From assembly GCA_038144795.1 (NCBI GenBank), contig JAYQOK010000002.1, positions 6,769 to 48,894 of the forward strand: 42,126 nt of DNA. Reading direction: 5' to 3'. Under the pieces are notes generated by a model. The model did not search any database. It was not told the DNA's origin and was given only the letters and a program-made list of their open reading frames with translations. Position numbers and translations under genes: made by a program. The first letter of the stretch is position 1; each line of letters starts with the position of its first letter. Source of the DNA: Candidatus Kuenenia sp. (lineage in GTDB: Bacteria; Planctomycetota; Planctomycetia; Pirellulales; UBA1268). Below are positions 36,016 to 42,126 of the stretch, piece by piece.

Positions 36016-37353
36016 TTGGGAAACGGCACAACTCTCGTCTGCAGTGGTCGCTCTGATGTGGGCTGCCGACGGGCCATGAATCAAGACGCCCACGCCATCC
36101 TTCCCCCATCAGGCCCCGAGGCCTATCGGAAGACCGGCTGGTTTCTCATTGTTGCCGACGGCATGGGCGCTCACGCCGCTGGTGAAGAAGCCAGTGGCAT
36201 GGCAGCGGATCGCGTACCTCACCTGTACCAGAAAATCATCAACACGACCCCACCCGACGCACTCCAACGGGCGATGCGGCAGGCGAATGCTGAGATCTTT
36301 GACAAGGGAGAGACGCATCCCGGTTTCCGTGGCATGGGGACTACGTGCAGCGCTCTTGTGATGGTCCCGCGGGGCGCCTTGATCGGCCATGTCGGGGACA
36401 GCCGAGTGTATCGCATCCGTGGTCATCGTATTGAGCAACTCACTCGCGACCACTCGTTGGCCTGGGAGTGCGGTCTGCCAGAGAAAGAGGCTGAGGGCAT
36501 TCCGAAAAACATCATTACTCGTTCGATGGGTCCCCATGCCGAGGTTGAGCCTGATCTCGAAGGCCCGCTCCCCATTCGGAATGGTGACATCTTCGTCCTG
36601 TGTAGCGATGGTCTCTCGGGCCAGGTCAGCAATGCAGAAATCGGACTCCTCGCTTCGCAACTCTCCGACGTGGATCAGGCAACCAAGGCACTCGTGGGCT
36701 TGACGCTCGCGCGCGGGGCTCCGGACAACGTGACTGTCGTCATTGCTAGAGCCGGTCCCGAGGAAGTTACCTCGTCGTACGCAAGGCAAGAGCCCTGGCC
36801 ACTTACCGATGGGCCCCAAACACCTTCATCAATGCCGGGTCTCGCCTGGAAATCACTCCTTGCTGCCGGCATGTGTTTTTTTCTGTTCCTGGTTCTTAAA
36901 GGCGACCTGATCCAGCCCAAGTCGCCCACTGCGGAAGCGATTACAGGAATCGGGGCTGCCGCTGCCGCACTTGCCACGGTCGTGTTCCTTGGCGGTGCGG
37001 CGCTGGCCGCCATTGCCAGACAAAGCACGGCACTTGCCGGCGCGCGAGCAACTCGGCAGAACCACGGATCGTATCAAGAAGCCGACTGCACTCCTGACCA
37101 CAGACACTTTGCGGACCTCGCCAAGAGCATCGAGACGATTGCATCAGAACTCTCCCCCTCTGAGCAGCAGCAACTTGTTCCGCTTGCAGCGGAGGTTTGG
37201 GAGCGGAGTTCAGCCCACCAATTCGACGGCGCCATCAACGCGGCGGCAACTGCCCTCTGCCTCATTGCTGATGCACTACCACGAAATCGGTCAGAGCGAA
37301 AGCAGCACCAGAGCGAACCCGCCGGCCTGGATCGGCCTGCCGCTGATGAATGA
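36016..37353 (+). CDS. PP2C-family Ser/Thr phosphatase with two TM segments
   Basis: SDVGCRRAMNQD, VADGMGAH, GMGTT, HVGDSRVY, LTRDHS, LCSDGL, DNVT. Confidence 0.92.
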   Translation: MGNGTTLVCSGRSDVGCRRAMNQDAHAILPPSGPEAYRKTGWFLIVADGMGAHAAGEEASGMAADRVPHLYQKIINTTPPDALQRAMRQANAEIFDKGETHPGFRGMGTTCSALVMVPRGALIGHVGDSRVYRIRGHRIEQLTRDHSLAWECGLPEKEAEGIPKNIITRSMGPHAEVEPDLEGPLPIRNGDIFVLCSDGLSGQVSNAEIGLLASQLSDVDQATKALVGLTLARGAPDNVTVVIARAGPEEVTSSYARQEPWPLTDGPQTPSSMPGLAWKSLLAAGMCFFLFLVLKGDLIQPKSPTAEAITGIGAAAAALATVVFLGGAALAAIARQSTALAGARATRQNHGSYQEADCTPDHRHFADLAKSIETIASELSPSEQQQLVPLAAEVWERSSAHQFDGAINAAATALCLIADALPRNRSERKQHQSEPAGLDRPAADE

Positions 37354-37365
37354 CCCGCAGCTACA

Positions 37366-38565
37366 ATGCAGGCTCCCATGAAGATCATTTCTCGTTATGT
37401 TCTGATTGAACTGCTGCAGGTCTTCCTCGTGTCGCTGTCAGCACTCACGCTCTTCATGCTCATTGTCGGGCTTGTGAAAGAAGCGCAGCAGCAGGGGCTG
37501 GGGCTTCTCCAAATCGCTCGGCTCATTCCCTTCGTGGTGCCGGAGGCGATGCGGTTCGCCGTCCCAGGCACCATGCTGTTTGCAGTGGCCAGCGTGTTCG
37601 GCAGGATGTCGGCAACGAATGAGATAACCGCCCTCAAGGCGGCCGGTATCACGCCCATGGCAGCGATCTGGCCGGCAATAGCGTTGGCTGTAGTGGTCAG
37701 CTTTATCTCCGTCTGGCTGAATGACGTGGCCGTGTCATGGGGACGCGATGGCGTGCGGCGGGTGATCGTCAATAGCGTCGAAGAAATCATCTATGGCCGA
37801 CTGCGGCAACAGCGGTCCTACAGCACACCGCAGGTATCGATCAATGTGAAGGGGGTCGAGGGCAAACGGCTGATCCGCCCCACGCTGTCATTCACTCAGG
37901 GTGGAGCGGGCGGCACTCCGGCCACGGTGTCGGCGGCCGAGGCTGAGATCACCACCGATCCCGATGCGAGCGAACTGATTGTCACCTTCCGTGACGGCAC
38001 GCTCCACATGGGTGACGTGAAGGCCGTGTTCCCCGACACGATCGTCCGCAAGGTGCCGCTTGATGCGGTGAGCCGGAAGGGGCTCGCCTCGACGAGCCCG
38101 TCTGAGATTGCCATGGCCGATTTTCCAGCGGCGCGGGCCGAGGAAGTGAGGCGTCTTGACCAACTCAACCAGTTGGCGGCCGGCCAGCGGGCCCTGGCGA
38201 TCGTCTCCGGCCACCTCGATCAGACAGCGCCGGCGGCGATCGCTGGGCACAACGCCGATACCGGGCACCACACCAACCGACTCACTCGCATCATCATGGA
38301 GCCGTGGCGACGGTGGGCCAATGGCTTCAGCTGCCTGTGCTTCGTGCTCGTTGGGGCTCCGATGGCGATCCGAATGCGAAATGCCGACTTTCTTACGAGC
38401 TTCTTTCTTTGCTTTCTGCCAATTCTTGTCGTTTATTATCCGATCTTCATGATGGGTGTCTCGCGGGTGAAGGCGGGGGCCTTCCCACCCCCGGCCGTCT
38501 GGGCAGGCAACGTGCTGATCACGCTGTGGGGTCTGTGGCTCCTGCGCAGTGTGATTCGGCGATGA
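37366..38565 (+). CDS. LptF/LptG family permease
   Basis: IISRYVLIE, three [18 protein letters not shown], periplasmic domain, three C-terminal TM ending WAGN; start may be 37378. Confidence 0.88.
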   Translation: MQAPMKIISRYVLIELLQVFLVSLSALTLFMLIVGLVKEAQQQGLGLLQIARLIPFVVPEAMRFAVPGTMLFAVASVFGRMSATNEITALKAAGITPMAAIWPAIALAVVVSFISVWLNDVAVSWGRDGVRRVIVNSVEEIIYGRLRQQRSYSTPQVSINVKGVEGKRLIRPTLSFTQGGAGGTPATVSAAEAEITTDPDASELIVTFRDGTLHMGDVKAVFPDTIVRKVPLDAVSRKGLASTSPSEIAMADFPAARAEEVRRLDQLNQLAAGQRALAIVSGHLDQTAPAAIAGHNADTGHHTNRLTRIIMEPWRRWANGFSCLCFVLVGAPMAIRMRNADFLTSFFLCFLPILVVYYPIFMMGVSRVKAGAFPPPAVWAGNVLITLWGLWLLRSVIRR

Positions 38566-38653
38566 TCCCTGCTTTCAGCTTTTTGCCTTCGGCCTTACAC
38601 TCTGGGAAATCTTCAGTTCCCGAGTTTTAATTTCGTACCGAAGGAATATCACC

Positions 38654-39655
38654 ATGTCCCGTCCTGTCACACTCTTTACAGGCCAATGGGCCGATATGCC
38701 GCTGGAAGATCTTGCCCGCAAGGCCAACGAGTTTGGCTACGACGGCATCGAACTGGCCTGCTGGGGAGATCACTTCGACGTCACTCGTGCCCTTGAGGAA
38801 AGTGGCTATTGCGCTGCTCAGCGTGACACGCTCGAGCGGAATGATCTCTCTGTGTACGCCATCTCCTGCCATCTGGTCGGTCAGGCAGTCTGTGACCGCA
38901 TCGACGAGCGGCACAAGGCAATCCTGCCACCGCACGTCTGGGGTGATGGGGATCCGAAGGGCGTCAATGAACGAGCCGCCGAGGAGATCAAGCGAACCGC
39001 TCGAGCCGCTCAACGACTTGGTGTGTCAGTAGTCAACGGCTTTACGGGATCGTCGATTTGGCATCTGCTCTACTCGTTTCCGCCGGTACCCGACTCGATG
39101 CTCGATGCCGGCTTTCGAGAATTTGCCGACCGCTGGCATCCAATCCTCGACGTGTTTGCGGAGTGCGGCGTGCGGTTTGCTTTAGAGGTGCACCCCACCG
39201 AAATCGCATTCGACACCGTCACAGCCCAACGTGCGCTCGACGCCCTCGGACGCCGCGAGGAGTTTGGTTTTAACTTCGATCCGAGCCATCTTCACTGGCA
39301 GGGGGTCGATTCGGTCGAGTTCATCCGTACTTTCTACGACCGGATCTACCACGTTCACATCAAGGATGCGGCAGTCACCCTCAACGGCCGGGGAGGCATC
39401 CTCGGCAGCCACCTCAACTTTGGTGATCCACGCCGCGGTTGGGACTTCCGCTCGCCGGGCCGTGGCGGCGTTGACTTTGAGGAAATTATTCGGGCTCTCA
39501 ATCAGATCGGTTACGAGGGGCCGCTGTCGGTTGAGTGGGAAGACTGCGGCATGAACCGGGAGCACGGCGCCGCCGAGGCGGCCGAGTTTGTCCGCAATCT
39601 CGACTTCGCTCCCAGTCGCCAGCAGTTCGACTCGGCCTTTGCCAAGGAAAGTTGA
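38654..39655 (+). CDS. Sugar phosphate isomerase/epimerase (xylose-isomerase-like TIM barrel)
   Basis: [35 protein letters not shown]; AAGGA upstream. Confidence 0.88.
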   Translation: MSRPVTLFTGQWADMPLEDLARKANEFGYDGIELACWGDHFDVTRALEESGYCAAQRDTLERNDLSVYAISCHLVGQAVCDRIDERHKAILPPHVWGDGDPKGVNERAAEEIKRTARAAQRLGVSVVNGFTGSSIWHLLYSFPPVPDSMLDAGFREFADRWHPILDVFAECGVRFALEVHPTEIAFDTVTAQRALDALGRREEFGFNFDPSHLHWQGVDSVEFIRTFYDRIYHVHIKDAAVTLNGRGGILGSHLNFGDPRRGWDFRSPGRGGVDFEEIIRALNQIGYEGPLSVEWEDCGMNREHGAAEAAEFVRNLDFAPSRQQFDSAFAKES

Positions 39656-39705
39656 GAGGCTCTTGGTCTTGGCTCTGATGGCAGTCGTGAAGTTGGAGGC
39701 TGGCC

Positions 39706-41181
39706 GTGGATCATCGTGCCTGTCATTGTGGGATGGTCAGCCTGATCATCTTTACGGCGAGGTTTGCGGCTGCTTTGCCGCTCTCTGCTGCAGAGCCCAC
39801 TTCGGCGGATGAGCAGCAACTGGCCGATCGCTGGCAGGAGACAGCCTCCGTTCTTGAGCGTCGGGCGGCCGAGCAAGGGCTCTCCGGTCTGGCGGCCCTG
39901 ATCGAGTCCTGGGAACTCCCGGCGGTGGCCGAGCGGATCGTTGTCGTCGAGATCCCACCGAAATTGGTCACGCCGGAGCTCGTCTCATCACCGACTGCTG
40001 AACTGATCTGGCGAGACTTCGTTGCCGCACGACGTCAGCAGGCCAAGAGCCTCTTTGCGCTCGCAGTCGAGGCCGCCCGCTCGCATGCGGAGGGCTCAGA
40101 GTTCATCCAGCGGAGTTGCGACGCGGTACGGCTCTTGGCGTTGGCACTCCGCGAGGATCCTGAGCATGCCCAAGCCCGTGAAGCTGGTGGCTGGGTGAAA
40201 CGGAACGAGGACTGGCTGTGGCCGGAGGTGGCACGGCGGCTCGACAAGGGTGAAGTCTGGTCTGACGACTTTGGCTGGCTGCCCCGCTCGCGGCTTGCTC
40301 GCTACCATGCCGGCGAGCGGTACGACCGTGGCCGTTGGGTGCGGGCGGCTGACTTGGCCGCTGGGCCGCGGCCGCTCGATCAGGCCTTCTCATTTGCCTC
40401 CGACCACTGGCAGATTCGCTCAACCGGCAGCCTGCAGGAGGCCGCCTTCCTCGCCCGTGAGATGGAGGAGACGTTTGCGATTTGGCTCCAAGTCTTCGGT
40501 GGATTTCAGACGGAGCCAGCCGGGCTCGAGCGACAGTTTGAGGGACGTGGCCGCCCGCCGATCCGTGGCCCTTTTGCCGCCGTGCTCACCGCCGATCGGC
40601 AGCAGTACATCACCGAGATGGGAAAGCTTGAGCCGCTCATTGCTCAGACGCTCGGCATCTACTGGACACCCACTCACACAAGTTGGTTCTTCGTGGGCGA
40701 GGAACGAAGCAAGACGACCGTACACCACGAGGCTACGCACCAACTCTTCGGCGAGATGCGGAAGACCAGTCCGCTCGTGGGCGAGCGATGTGGCTTCTGG
40801 GCTGTTGAGGCAGTGGCCTGCTTCATGGAGAGCCTCCAGCGGACCGAATTTGGCTGGACGCTCGGCGGCATCGACGCCGGCCGCGTGCCCGCCGCACGTC
40901 AGCGACTCATGGAAGACAGTTTCTATGTGCCCTTGGAGGAGTTGACGTCCCTCGGCCGCCGAGCGTTTCAGTCCCGTACCGACCTGCCGCCGCTCTATAG
41001 CCAGATCTCTGGGCTTGCCGATTTTTTCATGACCGGCAAGCAGGGACGGTATCGCGAGGCATTCGTTGAGTATCTTGTGAGGATCTACACCGGGTCGGTC
41101 GATCCCGATACGCTTTCCCGCCTCTGCAAGAAGGACTATGCGGCGCTCGACGAAGAGTATCGCCGCCACCTGTCACGCTGA
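39706..41181 (+). CDS. Secreted DUF1570-like protein with HExxH zincin motif
   Basis: Signal-like N-terminus; HHEATHQL followed by WAVEAVACFME. Confidence 0.7.
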   Translation: MDHRACHCGMVSLIIFTARFAAALPLSAAEPTSADEQQLADRWQETASVLERRAAEQGLSGLAALIESWELPAVAERIVVVEIPPKLVTPELVSSPTAELIWRDFVAARRQQAKSLFALAVEAARSHAEGSEFIQRSCDAVRLLALALREDPEHAQAREAGGWVKRNEDWLWPEVARRLDKGEVWSDDFGWLPRSRLARYHAGERYDRGRWVRAADLAAGPRPLDQAFSFASDHWQIRSTGSLQEAAFLAREMEETFAIWLQVFGGFQTEPAGLERQFEGRGRPPIRGPFAAVLTADRQQYITEMGKLEPLIAQTLGIYWTPTHTSWFFVGEERSKTTVHHEATHQLFGEMRKTSPLVGERCGFWAVEAVACFMESLQRTEFGWTLGGIDAGRVPAARQRLMEDSFYVPLEELTSLGRRAFQSRTDLPPLYSQISGLADFFMTGKQGRYREAFVEYLVRIYTGSVDPDTLSRLCKKDYAALDEEYRRHLSR

Positions 41182-41277
41182 CAGCAACAGCCAGTATTTC
41201 CACCGGGCATGGACGGGGATTTCGCCAAGGCGTTACACTTCTCGCGAAATCAATCACGAGCAAGGAGCGTTTCGTTC

Positions 41278-42126
41278 ATGACTGTTTCTTCGGCCACTCC
41301 CACTCACTCCGCCACCGATCTCGACCGCCTGGCAATCGACACGATCCGCACGCTTTCGATGGATGCGGTCGAGGCAGCCAAGAGTGGCCACCCCGGCACG
41401 CCGATGGCCCTCGCTCCGGTCGCCTTCACAATCTGGAAAGACTTTCTTCGCTACGATCCGGCCGACCCTGGCTGGCCCAACCGTGATCGATTTGTGCTCT
41501 CCTGCGGTCATGCGTCGATGCTGCTCTATTCGCTGATTCATCTGGCGGGCATCCGCCGGCAAGCCGGCGGTAGCGAGCCGGCCATATCGCTCGACGAGAT
41601 CCGCCGCTTTCGCCAGCTCAACAGCGTCTGCGCGGGTCACCCCGAGCACCACATGACCGCCGGCATCGAGACCACCACCGGCCCCCTTGGTCAGGGCTGC
41701 GGCAACTCCGTAGGGATGGCGATGGCCTCGCGCTGGCTGGGGGCCCACTACAACCAGCCGGGCCACACGCTCTTCGACTTCGACACCTACGTGCTTTGTA
41801 GCGACGGCGACCTGATGGAGGGCGTGGCGGCCGAGGCGGCCTCGATCGCCGGCCATCTGAAGCTGGCGAATCTCTGCTGGGTCTACGATGACAACGCGAT
41901 CACGATTGAAGGGGAAACCCACCTCGCCTTCAGTGAAAACGTGGCGGAGCGTTTTCGCGGCCTCGGCTGGCGGGTGGAGCATGTCGATGATGCCAACGAA
42001 ACCGCCGCTATTGTCAAAGCCCTGAAGGCTTTCAAGACGGAACAGGAAAAGCCGACGCTCATCATCCTCAAGAGCATCATCGGCTATGGCGCCCCGAAGA
42101 AGGCCGGATCGCACGCCGCTCACGGT
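41278..42126 (+). CDS. tkt: Transketolase, N-terminal part (runs off window edge)
   Basis: Manual translation after AAGGAG: MTVSS...IRTLSMDAVEAAKSGHPGTPM, NRDRFVLSCGH, GHPE, TTGPLGQG, SDGDLMEG, YDDNAITIEG. Confidence 0.95.
   Translation, partial: MTVSSATPTHSATDLDRLAIDTIRTLSMDAVEAAKSGHPGTPMALAPVAFTIWKDFLRYDPADPGWPNRDRFVLSCGHASMLLYSLIHLAGIRRQAGGSEPAISLDEIRRFRQLNSVCAGHPEHHMTAGIETTTGPLGQGCGNSVGMAMASRWLGAHYNQPGHTLFDFDTYVLCSDGDLMEGVAAEAASIAGHLKLANLCWVYDDNAITIEGETHLAFSENVAERFRGLGWRVEHVDDANETAAIVKALKAFKTEQEKPTLIILKSIIGYGAPKKAGSHAAHG

Noticed and set aside
41254-42123. 289-aa minus-strand ORF
   Set aside because: Shadow of transketolase on the plus strand, which the ORF track missed because it has no stop within the window.

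Overview
High-GC bacterial chromosome segment, very probably Planctomycetota (planctomycete-type RRR..ESLExR..LA export motif, DUF1570-like and PEGA proteins). Most of it is housekeeping or transport: parA (partial), aroB, an ABC exporter cluster interrupted by ino1 and a beta-helix gene, recQ, a liv-type ABC importer with odd ATPases, rlmKL, a flavin monooxygenase, carB, ahpD, a paaK-like ligase, a PP2C phosphatase, lptF/G, a TIM-barrel isomerase and tkt (partial). The standout is a 5.9-kb integron at 23782-29667. It carries an N-terminally truncated IntI-type integrase co-oriented with an attI-like site and eight gene cassettes, each ending in an 88-101 bp attC hairpin. The whole unit lies between two copies of a 56-bp direct repeat (54/56 identical) that duplicates the carB 3' end and the start of the next gene, so it looks like an integron packaged as an island inserted at carB. 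Two attC sites have mutated cores, and the cargo appears to be entirely envelope-targeted. Also seen: an internally deleted Uma2-like remnant, a LivG carrying a ~175-aa insertion with membrane segments, and a candidate novel clan-A-like glycoside hydrolase. All calls come from reading motifs by eye; no database searches were run.
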